From positions 2,052 through 66,051 of the forward strand of contig JAISUC010000012.1 of the NCBI GenBank assembly GCA_031272275.1: 64,000 bases of DNA, written 5' to 3'. This stretch comes from Actinomycetes bacterium (lineage in GTDB: Bacteria > Actinomycetota > Coriobacteriia > WRKU01 > WQUG01). Below are positions 44,971 through 54,956 of this stretch, one piece after another; the stretch's first letter is position 1, and every line of letters begins with the position of its first letter. The translations under genes were made by a program, and so were the position numbers. Below the pieces are notes generated by a model. That model worked only from the letters and a program-made list of their open reading frames with translations, was not told the DNA's origin and ran no database searches.

Positions 44971-45342
44971 ATGTCTGAGGTTGAAAGCTATAGCGAGGCG
45001 AAAGAGCAGTTGGATGCGATTGTGGCGGAGGTCCGCAAAAAGGACGTACCGCTGGAGCGCAGTCTGGACCTGCTGGAAGAAGGCGTTCGTTTGGCGAATC
45101 GCTGCACCGAGCTGATTGATCGCAGTTCCTGGGAGGCAGCGGACTCGGTTGAAGACGCTGAATCCGACGGAACCGCCGAGGCCGGCGGGGATGCCGACGG
45201 CGAAGTGGCAGCCGATACGGATGGCGGGGCGGCACCCGCGGCAGAGGCACAGACGGAAACAGACGAGGGGACGTACTCCCCCACAGATACGGATGAGGAC
45301 GTGACGGATGAAGCTGCTGGATCGGATACAGAGTCCGCGTGA
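44971..45342 (+). CDS. xseB: Exodeoxyribonuclease VII small subunit with an acidic C-terminal tail
   Basis: MSEVESYSEAKEQLDAIVAEV...PLERSLDLLEEGVRL is the XseB pattern. AAAGGAA RBS. Confidence 0.8.
   Translation: MSEVESYSEAKEQLDAIVAEVRKKDVPLERSLDLLEEGVRLANRCTELIDRSSWEAADSVEDAESDGTAEAGGDADGEVAADTDGGAAPAAEAQTETDEGTYSPTDTDEDVTDEAAGSDTESA
45268..45282 (+). repeat. Family 1 15-mer GGGACGTACTCCCCC inside the xseB tail / 26 bp upstream of the dxs start
   Basis: Read directly. Confidence 0.6.
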
Positions 45343-47332
45343 CCTGAAGGATCTGGACGGAGCACAACTGGCGCAACTGGCCAATGAAATTCGTGCGCGC
45401 ATATTGCAGGTAACCGCCGTAAACGGCGGACATGTGGCCCCGAATCTGGGGATTGTCGAGCTGACCATCGGGGCGTATCGGGCGCTGGATATGCCGCCCG
45501 ATGTGGTGACCTATGACGTCGGCCACCAAAGCTACGTCCATAAGTTGTTGACCGGGCGCGCGGCTGCGTTTGACAGCCTGCGGACCTATGGGGGGATTTC
45601 CGGTTTCCCCAAGCGTTCCGAGTCACCGTACGACCTGTTCGGCACCGGGCATGCGTCCGATTCGCTGTCGGTGGCGTTGGGCTATGCCCTGGCGCGCAAT
45701 GGGGATGCGGACGGTGGTCGGGTGCTGGCAATTGTGGGGGATGGCTCGCTGACCGGCGGGATGGCCTGGGAGGCCTTGAACCATATCGGGCATCAGGGCT
45801 GCCGCTTGACGATTTTGTTGAACGATAACGAGATGTCGATTTCGCCGAATGTGGGGGCGCTGACCGGGTATTTAGGGCGGATTCGACTGGATAAGCGCTA
45901 TTGGGGCAAGCGCGAGTTTGTTCAAAAAGAGCTGGCGACGCGCGGTGGCCGCTTGGGACGCGCGATGCTGACGGCGGGCACTCGGGTCAAGGACTCGTTC
46001 AAGCACCTGCTGGTGCCCGGGGTCGTGTTCGAGGAACTGGGAATCAGCTATGTGGGTCCGATCGACGGGCATGACATAGGCCAGGTCGAACGAGCGGTGA
46101 AATCAGCCGCGGCAGCCCCGGGTCCGGTGATCATCCACGCGGTGACGCGCAAGGGGCGCGGATATGTGCCCGCCGAGGACAACCCGACGGTGTTTCACGG
46201 GGTGGGTCCGTTCGATGTGGCGACCGGGCAGGTGAAGTCATCCGCCGGATCCCCGCCGAAATACACGCAGGTGTTCTCCGATGCCCTGATTCGCGAGGCC
46301 GAGTTGAACCCCGGGATCGTTGCGATTACCGCGGCGATGGCGTCCGGTACGGGGCTCGATGCATTTCGCGATTATGTGACGGCACGGGGAGAGCCCCAGC
46401 GCTTCATCGACGTCGGCATTGCCGAGGAACACGCCGTGGGGCTGGCGGCGGGCTTGGCGTTGGAAGGTCGCAAGATTCCGGTTTGCGCGATATATTCGAC
46501 GTTCCTGCAGCGGGCGTATGACCAGATTATCAGTGACGTGGCGCTGCAGGGCGCACACGTGGTGTTTGCTCTGGACCGTGCCGGCTTTGTGGGCGACGAC
46601 GGACCGACCCACCACGGTTTGTATGACCTGAGCTACCTGCGGACGATTCCCACCATGCAGATTATGGCACCGTCTGACGAGGCCGAACTGGTGGGCGCGC
46701 TGCACACGGCGATCGAGCTGGACGGACCGGTGGCTTTGCGGTATCCGCGGGGGTCGGGTACCGGTGTGGCGATTCCGGACCGTGCGGAGAGCTGGGAGGT
46801 CGGGCGCGTGCGGGTATTGCGTGCGCCGGACAAAGACGCGGCAGGCGACGGTGTTCCGGCGGGGGAGCACTCTGCCGATGGCGCGGCGGAGGATACGCAG
46901 CCCGACGCCCCGACCGACGCTCGGACCTGCGCACCCACAGTCGCGCTGTTGGCGGTGGGGCGCATGGTGGCTGCCGCAACGCAGGTGGCAAAGCGCCTGG
47001 ACGCAGACGGCATCGCCGTGCACTTGGCGGATATGCGTTGGGTGAAGCCGCTGGACGGCGGGTATCTGACGCGCGTCGCCCGTGAATCCGACCTAGTGGT
47101 CACGATTGAGGAAAACAGCGTGCGCGGTGGATTCGGAACGGGTGTCATGGAGTATTTGGCGGATGCGGAGCTTACGGTGCCGATTTTGCAGTTGGGCACA
47201 CCCGATGCGTTTACCACGCAGGGCACGATGGAGCAGCTGCTACACGATGCCGGGCTGGATGCGGACGGTATCTATGACAGCGTGTGCGCACGCTTACAGC
47301 GGGTTACGGGCAATGGCAAGCAAGGCATATGA
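45308..47332 (+). CDS. dxs: 1-deoxy-D-xylulose-5-phosphate synthase
   Basis: TPP-binding GDG motif region, transketolase-like domains. N-terminus MKLLDRIQSPRDLKDL. Confidence 0.95.
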   Translation: MKLLDRIQSPRDLKDLDGAQLAQLANEIRARILQVTAVNGGHVAPNLGIVELTIGAYRALDMPPDVVTYDVGHQSYVHKLLTGRAAAFDSLRTYGGISGFPKRSESPYDLFGTGHASDSLSVALGYALARNGDADGGRVLAIVGDGSLTGGMAWEALNHIGHQGCRLTILLNDNEMSISPNVGALTGYLGRIRLDKRYWGKREFVQKELATRGGRLGRAMLTAGTRVKDSFKHLLVPGVVFEELGISYVGPIDGHDIGQVERAVKSAAAAPGPVIIHAVTRKGRGYVPAEDNPTVFHGVGPFDVATGQVKSSAGSPPKYTQVFSDALIREAELNPGIVAITAAMASGTGLDAFRDYVTARGEPQRFIDVGIAEEHAVGLAAGLALEGRKIPVCAIYSTFLQRAYDQIISDVALQGAHVVFALDRAGFVGDDGPTHHGLYDLSYLRTIPTMQIMAPSDEAELVGALHTAIELDGPVALRYPRGSGTGVAIPDRAESWEVGRVRVLRAPDKDAAGDGVPAGEHSADGAAEDTQPDAPTDARTCAPTVALLAVGRMVAAATQVAKRLDADGIAVHLADMRWVKPLDGGYLTRVARESDLVVTIEENSVRGGFGTGVMEYLADAELTVPILQLGTPDAFTTQGTMEQLLHDAGLDADGIYDSVCARLQRVTGNGKQGI

Positions 47333-47987
47333 CGGACCCTATGTATCGCGCGGCGGAGAAAAGCTGCGCGGGGCGCTGGATGCTTTTCAGCTGGATGTCA
47401 CCGGGGTTCGCGCGATTGACGTGGGAGCCTCGACCGGTGGGTTCACCGACTGCCTGTTGCAGGCAGGCGCCGCGCAAGTAACGGCGCTCGATGTCGCCTA
47501 CGGACAGCTGGCGTGGACCTTGCGTCAGGATCCGCGCGTCATCGTGCGGGAGCGTACGAATTATCGGACCGTCGACCTGATTGAGATCGGCGCGCCTTTT
47601 TCCTTGGTGGTGGCTGACCTGTCCTTTATCGGGCTGACGCGCCTGCTGGAGCGCTTTCGGCGCACAGTGACCGATGACGGTAATGTGCTGTTGCTGGTAA
47701 AGCCGCAATTCGAAGCCGACCGCGCCAGCGTGCCCACTGGCGGCGTGATTCGTGACGCCGGTGTGCATCGGACGGTGCTGCGGGGCTTGGGGGCGGCGGC
47801 ACGTGCCTCGGGGCTGGCGATTGCCGGCTGGACGTACTCCCCGATACGGGGGGCCAAAGGAAACATCGAGTTCTGGTTGCATGCGACCGGACCCAAGGGT
47901 GCTGCAGGACGTGCGGCGGCGTCTGCAACCGGCGCCTGCGGTACCATTGAGGACGTTGTGGCGGCGGCACATAAGGAGCTTCGATGA
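47313..47987 (+). CDS. tlyA: TlyA-family 2'-O-ribose rRNA methyltransferase (short form lacking the S4 domain)
   Basis: GGEKLRGALDAFQLDVTGVRAIDVGASTGGFTDCLLQAGA... FtsJ-like SAM motif. Start uncertain; it overlaps the dxs 3' end. Confidence 0.75.
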   Translation: MASKAYDGPYVSRGGEKLRGALDAFQLDVTGVRAIDVGASTGGFTDCLLQAGAAQVTALDVAYGQLAWTLRQDPRVIVRERTNYRTVDLIEIGAPFSLVVADLSFIGLTRLLERFRRTVTDDGNVLLLVKPQFEADRASVPTGGVIRDAGVHRTVLRGLGAAARASGLAIAGWTYSPIRGAKGNIEFWLHATGPKGAAGRAAASATGACGTIEDVVAAAHKELR

Positions 47988-48859
47988 CCGATAAACGGGT
48001 GCTGATAGTTGCAAACGAACGCGACGACGCCGTGGCGGCGGCGGTGTGTGCCATTCGCGCGCATTTCGGGGATTCGCTGCAGATAATTAACGGCACGACC
48101 CGACAGGCCGACGCGGCAGCCGACGCACCCGCAGTCGGGGACGCCGCCCTCTGTGACCTGGTGCTGGCGCTGGGAGGCGATGGCACCATTTTGCGCGCCG
48201 CCCGCCGGATGCTGGCTGACGACATTGCGTCTCCTTTGCTGGGCATCAAATTCGGCCGTCTGGGCTTTCTGTCCGGGGCACCGGCCGCAGAACTGCTGCC
48301 CGCACTGGATGCGGCGCTGGCAGGGACTGCCACCATCGAGGAACGTACGGTGCTGGCCATAGAGGTCCGCGACGCCACGGGCACGCTGCGTGCGCGCCAC
48401 GCCGCCCTGAACGAGGCCTTTCTGGGGCGCGCCGACCTGCCCGGTCCGGTCACCACCGCACTGGCGATAAACGATCACGACATCTACACCCAGACCGGCG
48501 ACGGCGTGATCGTGGCGACCGCGACCGGCTCGACCGCCTATGCCCTGGCTGCCGGAGGACCGGTCGTTGCGTCCGGCTATGCCGGGATGGTTGTGGTGCC
48601 CGTGGCATCCCACACGCTGGTCCAGCGCGCGATTGTCACCGCACCCGACGATAGCGTGACCCTGCGCCTGCCCGATGCGCTGCGTGCGCACGCCGCACTG
48701 GTCATCGACGGGGCAGAAACGCTGCGCTTTGCCGCGCCTGCGACCGATACGATTCACATCCGACGCGACCCCGCCCGCAGTATCCGTCTGGTCAAGACCT
48801 CATCTCGCCTGTTTTTCGACACGCTGGCCCGCGAGTTTTTCGGCAGCCGCGGTGATTGA
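47984..48859 (+). CDS. nadK: NAD kinase
   Basis: GGDGTILRAARR and NEAFLGR motifs. ATGA overlap with tlyA. Confidence 0.9.
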   Translation: MTDKRVLIVANERDDAVAAAVCAIRAHFGDSLQIINGTTRQADAAADAPAVGDAALCDLVLALGGDGTILRAARRMLADDIASPLLGIKFGRLGFLSGAPAAELLPALDAALAGTATIEERTVLAIEVRDATGTLRARHAALNEAFLGRADLPGPVTTALAINDHDIYTQTGDGVIVATATGSTAYALAAGGPVVASGYAGMVVVPVASHTLVQRAIVTAPDDSVTLRLPDALRAHAALVIDGAETLRFAAPATDTIHIRRDPARSIRLVKTSSRLFFDTLAREFFGSRGD

Positions 48860-48881
48860 GGACTGAAACGGGAACCCGACC

Positions 48882-50495
48882 GTGATACTCGAAACGCTAC
48901 ACGTCCGCGACCTGGCACTGATTGACGAGGCCTGGTTGGAGCTGGGACCGGGGCTGACCGCGCTCACGGGTGAAACGGGCGCGGGCAAAACTGTGCTCCT
49001 ATCCGCCTTGGCCCTGCTTTTGGGGGAGCGTGCCGACAGCTCCCTGGTGCGTGCGGGCGCCGATGCAGCCCGTGTCGAGGCTCAATTCAGCGATGGCATG
49101 GTGGCGGCGCGCCGTATTTCGGCCGACGGTCGCGGTCGCGCGACCCTCAATGGCGAGATGACAACCGTGGGCGCCTTGGCACAGGCGACCGGACCTTTGA
49201 TTGACCTGCACGGACAGCACGACCATCAGGCACTGATGCGTCCCGCCGCACACATTGAGTATCTGGATCGCTGGGCGGGGGCGGCCGTGTCGACTTTGCT
49301 CGCGGTCTATCGCGATGCACGTTTGACCTGGCAGGCGGCCGCACAGGCGGTTGCCGATATTCAGGCCGCGCGTGACCGCGATGCAGAGGATCTGGAAATG
49401 GGCCGTTTGGCACTGGCGGAAATCGAACGCATCGACCCGCTGCCGGGTGAAGACGATGATCTGCGCGCGCGCCTGCCCATGCTGGAGCATGCCGAGGAAC
49501 TGGCGGAGCATACCCGCACGGCGCTTGATGCCCTGCGCACCGAAGGTGGCGTGCTGGAATTATTATATACGGCCGACGCCGCGCTGGAACGCGCATCCGG
49601 CATGGACGAAGCCTTGGGCGAGCTCCGCGAGCGCATGGCAGAGGCACGCGGGGACCTGGAGGGCTTGGCCGACGCGCTGGCCGATTACCACACACATATC
49701 GAACACGACCCCCAGGCACTCACCGCTGCGTTCGAGCGCCTGGCGGAACTGGAGGGCTTGTGTAAGCGTTTCGGCCCCACGCTGAATGCCGTGCTTGAAC
49801 GCCGTGACAGCTTGCTGCGCACGGCGGATATGACTGAAAACGTCGAGGAACGCCTGGCACAGGCACGCGCCGCCGAACAGCAGGCACGCGACGAGCTGAC
49901 GGACGCGGCGGCCGGGTTGACGGCGGCACGACGTGCGGCGGCCGATTCTTTCATTGCGGCGCTGACGGATGCGGCGGCCGACCTGCAGCTAGGTCAGGTG
50001 ACCTTTACGGTTGACATCGCGGCGCGTCCGTTTGATGCCTGGACGGCAGACGGTGCCGACAAAGTCGAGATACTGTATGCGCCGTCCCCGCAAACGCCTG
50101 CCCGCCCGTTGGCGAAAATCGCGTCGGGTGGGGAAATCAGCCGCGTGATGCTGGCGCTGAAAAGCGTGTTCGGACAGGCGGACGGCAGACCGATTCTGGT
50201 TTTTGACGAGATCGACGCCGGTATCGGCGGGGCGGTGGCGACGGCCGTGGGCGCAAAGCTGAAGCAGCTGGCACAAACCCATCAGGTCATCGTGGTCACC
50301 CACTTGGCACAGGTGGCGGTCTATGCAGATGCGCAATTGCGCGTCAGCAAACAGGCTGGTGACGCCACCCGGACTATAGTCGAGCCGGTCACCGGGGCTG
50401 CGCGCACCGCAGAGATCGCCCGTATGCTCTCGGGGAGCACCGATACCGTGGCATGTGCACACGCCACAGAACTGCTCCGCAACGCCACGACCTGA
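48882..50495 (+). CDS. recN: DNA repair protein RecN
   Basis: N-terminal Walker A LTGETGAGKT. Long coiled coil. C-terminal signature and Walker B LVFDEIDAGIGG. GTG start. Confidence 0.95.
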   Translation: MILETLHVRDLALIDEAWLELGPGLTALTGETGAGKTVLLSALALLLGERADSSLVRAGADAARVEAQFSDGMVAARRISADGRGRATLNGEMTTVGALAQATGPLIDLHGQHDHQALMRPAAHIEYLDRWAGAAVSTLLAVYRDARLTWQAAAQAVADIQAARDRDAEDLEMGRLALAEIERIDPLPGEDDDLRARLPMLEHAEELAEHTRTALDALRTEGGVLELLYTADAALERASGMDEALGELRERMAEARGDLEGLADALADYHTHIEHDPQALTAAFERLAELEGLCKRFGPTLNAVLERRDSLLRTADMTENVEERLAQARAAEQQARDELTDAAAGLTAARRAAADSFIAALTDAAADLQLGQVTFTVDIAARPFDAWTADGADKVEILYAPSPQTPARPLAKIASGGEISRVMLALKSVFGQADGRPILVFDEIDAGIGGAVATAVGAKLKQLAQTHQVIVVTHLAQVAVYADAQLRVSKQAGDATRTIVEPVTGAARTAEIARMLSGSTDTVACAHATELLRNATT

Positions 50496-50550
50496 GCCCC
50501 GTCCTCGGCGACGCAAACCTACCACGGTCACCGGCGACGCAATCGCCCAC

Positions 50551-50649
50551 CGTCATTGCGAGCGGCGCGAAGCGCCGCGCGGCAATCCATCACGGCACGA
50601 CCGCTCGTGCCGTGTCGTTCAGCGGATGCGCTTTTGCGCATCTCCCACT
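50551..50649 (+). repeat. Family 2 REP-like unit (CGTCATTGCGAG-CGGCGCGAAGCGCCGCG-CGGCAATCCATCAC) followed by two perfect hairpins (CACGGCACGA/TCGTGCCGTG and GATGCGC-TTTT-GCGCATC); probable recN terminator region
   Basis: Read directly. Confidence 0.55.
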
Positions 50650-50807
50650 GTTAAAACGATGTTACAGCTGCCCGGAATACTCGCATAATACAGCATGCAC
50701 CTGCGCCGTCGCGTGCTAGAATAACTCGAAGCGTACCCCTTCTTGATACACGTCTTTACGTAATATTTTACAAGGAATATGCATATTTTCTGAATAGATC
50801 CAGCTAG

Positions 50808-50822
50808 GGGACGCACTCCCCC
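50808..50822 (+). repeat. Family 1 15-mer GGGACGCACTCCCCC about 35 bp upstream of the ureA promoter -35
   Basis: Read directly. Confidence 0.7.
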
Positions 50823-50855
50823 GGGTTGTTATAGAAATATTCCGAAAAAATAATA

Positions 50856-50884
50856 TTGACAAAATATTTGTAAACCGATATTCT
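50856..50884 (+). promoter_or_regulatory. Sigma-70-like promoter for ureABC: TTGACA - 17 bp - TATTCT
   Basis: -35 at 50856-50861 and -10 at 50879-50884, in an AT-rich region. AAGGAAAGGAG RBS before the ureA ATG. Confidence 0.55.
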
Positions 50885-50967
50885 GCGGTAGTTCCTTATT
50901 GAAAGGAGGCCCTATAGAAGAGCCGAAAGTGGATCTGTGACAGACAACCAAGGAAAGGAGTTAGGAA

Positions 50968-51276
50968 ATGCGTTTGAATCCGAAAGAAATCGAGAAGCTG
51001 ATGCTGCACAACGCCGGCGAACTGGCGAAGCAGCGCAAAGCACGCGGCCTCAAGCTCAACTACGTGGAGGCTGTTGCTCTCATCAGCTCCGAGCTCATCG
51101 AGTACGCGCGCGATGGCAAGAGCGTATCAGACCTGATGGAGCTTGGTCGCCAAATCCTGACTGTCGACGACGTCATGGACGGCGTGGGCGCCATGATTCA
51201 CGAGGTCCAGATCGAGGCTACGTTCCCCGACGGAACCAAGCTGGTCACCGTTCACAACCCGATTGCAGAGAAGTAA
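50968..51276 (+). CDS. ureA: Urease gamma subunit
   Basis: [40 protein letters not shown] is canonical UreA. Confidence 0.95.
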   Translation: MRLNPKEIEKLMLHNAGELAKQRKARGLKLNYVEAVALISSELIEYARDGKSVSDLMELGRQILTVDDVMDGVGAMIHEVQIEATFPDGTKLVTVHNPIAEK

Positions 51277-51342
51277 ACGGGTCCATCGTGACTATGTGTT
51301 ATCCGCACTGTGTACAGTACTCAATGAACAAGGAGGCTTGAT

Positions 51343-51705
51343 ATGATTCCTGGAGAAATCCTCACGAAAGAGGGGAACGTCGAGCTCAATGCCGGTCGCG
51401 CGACCGCAGAGATCAAGGTTTCCAACACGGGTGACCGTCCTGTCCAGGTCGGTTCGCACTATCACTTCTTTGAGGTGAACAAGCGCCTGTCCTTCGATCG
51501 CGAAGCAGCGTTCGGCAAGCGCCTCGATATCCCGTCAGGGACTTCGGTCCGTTTTGAGCCGGGCGAGACGAAGACGGTTGTTTTGACGGAACTGGGTGGA
51601 CGTCAGCGTAGCTATGGTCTGAACAATTTGACCTGCGCGCAGGCTGTTCCCGCATCCGCCGCAGCCGCTCTTCGCGTTGCTGGCGAAAAAGGCTTTTTGG
51701 GTTAA
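51343..51705 (+). CDS. ureB: Urease beta subunit
   Basis: [11 protein letters not shown]...NAGR...[13 protein letters not shown] is canonical UreB. Confidence 0.95.
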   Translation: MIPGEILTKEGNVELNAGRATAEIKVSNTGDRPVQVGSHYHFFEVNKRLSFDREAAFGKRLDIPSGTSVRFEPGETKTVVLTELGGRQRSYGLNNLTCAQAVPASAAAALRVAGEKGFLG

Positions 51706-51716
51706 GGAGGACAGCA

Positions 51717-53438
51717 ATGGCAAAGAAAATCACACGTAAAGAGTATGCTGCAATGTACGGTCCGACCGTCGGCGACAAGGTCCGTTTGGGTAACACCGAC
51801 CTGATCGCCGAAGTCGAGATCGACTACACCACTTATGGCGACGAGGCCAAGTTCGGCGGCGGCAAGACGCTGCGCGACGGTATGGGCCAGTCCGCCAACA
51901 CGACCAGCGCGGACGGCGACCTGGACTTGGTCATCACCAACGCGTTGATCATCGACTACACCGGCATCATCAAGGCCGACATCGGTATCAAGAACGGCAA
52001 AATCGCCGGTATCGGTAAAGCCGGTAACCCCGACATCATGGACGGCGTCACGCCGGGCATGGTCGTCGGTGCCTCGACCGAGGCGCTGGCAGGCGAGGGT
52101 CTGATTGTGACTGCCGGTGGTATCGACACGCACATCCACTTCATCAGCCCGCAGCAGATCGACACCGCGCTGTTCAGCGGTGTGACCACCATGATCGGTG
52201 GCGGAACCGGTCCGGCGGATGGCACCAACGCCACCACCTGCACCCCGGGTCCGTGGAACACCGAGATGATGCTGCGCGCCGCCGAGGCCTATCCGATGAA
52301 CCTGGGCTACCTGGCCAAGGGTAACTCCTCCGCCGTCGCCCCGTTGATCGAGCAGGTCAAGGCCGGATGCATGGGTCTGAAGTTGCACGAGGACTGGGGT
52401 TCAACCCCGGCCGTCATCGACGCCGCGCTGACCGTGGCCGACGAGTATGACGTCCAGGTTGCAATCCACACCGACACCCTGAACGAGGCCGGTTGTGTTG
52501 AGGACACCATCGACGCCATCGCGGGTCGTGTCATCCACACCTTCCACACCGAGGGTGCCGGCGGCGGTCACGCACCGGACATCATCACCGCTGCGGGTTA
52601 CCGCAACGTGCTGCCTTCGTCGACCAACCCGACGATGCCGCACACCGTCAACACGCTGGATGAGCACATGGACATGCTGATGGTCTGCCATCACCTGGAC
52701 AAGTCCATCCCCGAAGACGTTGCGTTCGCCGACTCGCGCATCCGTCCCGAGACGATCGCGGCCGAAGACGTCCTGCATGACATGGGCATCTTCAGCATGA
52801 TGAGCTCCGACTCGCAGGCCATGGGCCGCGTCGGTGAGGTCATCACCCGCACCTGGCAGACCGCCGACAAGATGAAAAAGCAGCGCGGCATTCTGCCCGA
52901 GGACAGCGCAGCCAACGACAACTATCGTATTAAGCGCTACGTGTCCAAGTACACGATCAACCCCGCCATCACCCACGGTATCGCCGATTACGTCGGTTCC
53001 GTCGAGGGTGGCAAGTACGCCGACCTGGTCCTGTGGAACCCTGCGTTCTTTGGTGCCAAGCCCGACATCATCATCAAGGGCGGCGCCATCATCGCCAGCA
53101 AGATGGGCGACCCGAACGCCTCGATCCCGACGCCGCAGCCGGTCTTCTATCGCCACATGTTCGGTGCCGACGGTACCGCCGTCGAGTTCACCTGCATCAG
53201 CTTCGTGTCGAAGGCCTCCATCGATGAGGGCATCGTCGAGAAGTACGGTCTGAAGAAGATCGTCCTGCCGGTCACCGGTTGCCGTGACATCACCAAGTAC
53301 GACATGAAGTACAACGATGCCACACCGGTCATCGACGTCGACCCCGAGACCTATGCGGTTTCGCTGGACGGCAAAAAGCTCGAGACCTACCCCGCGGCCG
53401 AATCGCTGCCGCTGACGCAACTCTACAGCCTGTTCTAG
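51717..53438 (+). CDS. ureC: Urease alpha subunit
   Basis: Canonical UreC nickel-site motifs, including AIHTDTLNE and GGGHAPD. Confidence 0.95.
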   Translation: MAKKITRKEYAAMYGPTVGDKVRLGNTDLIAEVEIDYTTYGDEAKFGGGKTLRDGMGQSANTTSADGDLDLVITNALIIDYTGIIKADIGIKNGKIAGIGKAGNPDIMDGVTPGMVVGASTEALAGEGLIVTAGGIDTHIHFISPQQIDTALFSGVTTMIGGGTGPADGTNATTCTPGPWNTEMMLRAAEAYPMNLGYLAKGNSSAVAPLIEQVKAGCMGLKLHEDWGSTPAVIDAALTVADEYDVQVAIHTDTLNEAGCVEDTIDAIAGRVIHTFHTEGAGGGHAPDIITAAGYRNVLPSSTNPTMPHTVNTLDEHMDMLMVCHHLDKSIPEDVAFADSRIRPETIAAEDVLHDMGIFSMMSSDSQAMGRVGEVITRTWQTADKMKKQRGILPEDSAANDNYRIKRYVSKYTINPAITHGIADYVGSVEGGKYADLVLWNPAFFGAKPDIIIKGGAIIASKMGDPNASIPTPQPVFYRHMFGADGTAVEFTCISFVSKASIDEGIVEKYGLKKIVLPVTGCRDITKYDMKYNDATPVIDVDPETYAVSLDGKKLETYPAAESLPLTQLYSLF

Positions 53439-53448
53439 GATGTGAGGA

Positions 53449-53479
53449 CCTCCGGGTTTATTGTCTCCAAACCCGGAGG
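53449..53479 (+). terminator. Hairpin CCTCCGGGTTT-attgtctcc-AAACCCGGAGG immediately after ureC (terminator/attenuator-like, no T-tract)
   Basis: Read directly. Confidence 0.4.
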
Positions 53480-53548
53480 TCGCTTGCGGGCATTAAGGGA
53501 GGCCTGTGCACCGCGTGCACACGTAGCTTTATGGTTAGACGCACGGGT

Positions 53549-53597
53549 CCGGTCGGCGCGAGACATGATTGTTGCCGACCGGGCTCTGCTTTTTCGG
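53549..53597 (+). terminator. Terminator-like hairpin CCGGTCGGC...GCCGACCGG followed by GCTCTGCTTTTTCGG, within the amt 5' leader
   Basis: Read directly. Preceded by the 17-bp perfect palindrome TGTGCACCGCGTGCACA (53505-53521). Confidence 0.45.
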
Positions 53598-53614
53598 TAG
53601 CGCAAGAAAACAGC

Positions 53615-53629
53615 GGGGGAGTACGTCCC
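53615..53629 (-). repeat. Family 1 15-mer (reverse form) forming the loop of a hairpin with stems GCGCAAGAAAAC (53600-53611) / GTTTTCTTGCG (53633-53643), about 70 bp upstream of the amt start
   Basis: Read directly. Confidence 0.7.
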
Positions 53630-53711
53630 TGCGTTTTCTTGCGGACTGCAGCCGATACGGATGCCACTGGCGTGGCACGGTTGCAGTCGAGCATAAGAAA
53701 GGAAAGAATAC

Positions 53712-54956
53712 ATGGAGAACGCCGGCTCGCTGAGTTTCATGTTGCTCTGTTCTGCGATGGTTTTGCTGATGACCCCCGGTCTGGCCTTTTTCTACGGCGG
53801 ATTGGGCGAGCGCAAAAACGTCGGTAGCAATATGATGAACTCGATATTCGCCATGGGAATCGGTATCCTGATGTGGGGTTTGGTGGGATACAGCCTCTCA
53901 TTCGGCGGAGATGGTCTGTTCATTGGTTCTTTAAAGCACTTTGCGTTCCTGGGCATCAACACAGAGTCCATGACCGGGGATATCCCGACCTATGCCTTTG
54001 CGATGTTCCAGATGATGTTCGCCCTGATTACCCCGGCCATTATTACCGGTTCGATTTCGGGGCGCATGAAGTTTAAGGCGCTGCTGCCCTTTGTGGCGCT
54101 GTGGTCCTTGATCGTCTATTACCCCATGGCGCACATGGTCTGGGGTCAGGGCGGTCTGCTGGGTACCGGTTGGCTGGATTCGATCGACTTTGCGGGCGGG
54201 AACGTCGTGCATATCGCATCCGGTGTGTCGGGTCTGGTGCTGTGCCTGCTGTTGGGCAAGCGCAAGGGCTATGGCGAGAAAGAGCACGCAGCCTACAACA
54301 TTCCGTATGTCGTTCTGGGAACAGGACTTCTGTGGTTTGGTTGGTTTGGTTTTAACGCCGGCAGCGCGCTGGCAGCAGACGGTTTGGCTTTGCATGCCGC
54401 CGTGGCGACCGCCATTTCCAGCGGTACGGCTATGGTGTCCTGGATGGCGATGGATGCCATTTTCGAGGGCAAGGCGACGTTGGTGGGTGCCTGCACCGGT
54501 GCGGTTGCCGGTCTGGTCGGTATTACCCCCGGCGCCGGTTTTGTGCCCATCTGGGCAGCCTTCATCATCGGCTTGGGTGTCAGCCCGGTGTGCTTTTTTG
54601 CCATCAAGCTGATTAAGGACAAGCTGAAAATTGACGACACCTTGGACGCATTCGGCTGCCACGGAGTGGGTGGAATTTTCGGCGGTTTGATGACGGGAAT
54701 CTTCGCTTCGCCGGCTGTCAACGAGTTTTCGGGAGTCATTTACGGCAATTGGGGACTCCTTGGGCGGCAGGCAATTGCAATAATTATTTCAATTGTCGTC
54801 GCCGTAGCCGGAACGTTAATATGCGCCGGCATCGTCAGAATATTCACAAAGCTTCGTGTCGAGGACGAGCATGAAGAGGCCGGCCTGGATCTGTCGCTGC
54901 ATGGGGAAAACGCGCATTCTTTCTCGATGCCTGCACTGGAAGAGGCCAATCAGTAA
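53712..54956 (+). CDS. amt: Amt/MEP-family ammonium transporter embedded in the urease cluster
   Basis: LMTPGLAFFYGGL... Amt signature. 11 TM helices. Conserved twin-His region. Confidence 0.85.
   Translation: MENAGSLSFMLLCSAMVLLMTPGLAFFYGGLGERKNVGSNMMNSIFAMGIGILMWGLVGYSLSFGGDGLFIGSLKHFAFLGINTESMTGDIPTYAFAMFQMMFALITPAIITGSISGRMKFKALLPFVALWSLIVYYPMAHMVWGQGGLLGTGWLDSIDFAGGNVVHIASGVSGLVLCLLLGKRKGYGEKEHAAYNIPYVVLGTGLLWFGWFGFNAGSALAADGLALHAAVATAISSGTAMVSWMAMDAIFEGKATLVGACTGAVAGLVGITPGAGFVPIWAAFIIGLGVSPVCFFAIKLIKDKLKIDDTLDAFGCHGVGGIFGGLMTGIFASPAVNEFSGVIYGNWGLLGRQAIAIIISIVVAVAGTLICAGIVRIFTKLRVEDEHEEAGLDLSLHGENAHSFSMPALEEANQ

Noticed and set aside
47561-48757. 398-aa and 276-aa ORFs antisense to tlyA/nadK
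   Set aside because: nadK and tlyA motifs are on the plus strand.
52401-53420. 339-aa ORF antisense to ureC, plus other short ORFs within ureC
   Set aside because: ureC is unambiguous.
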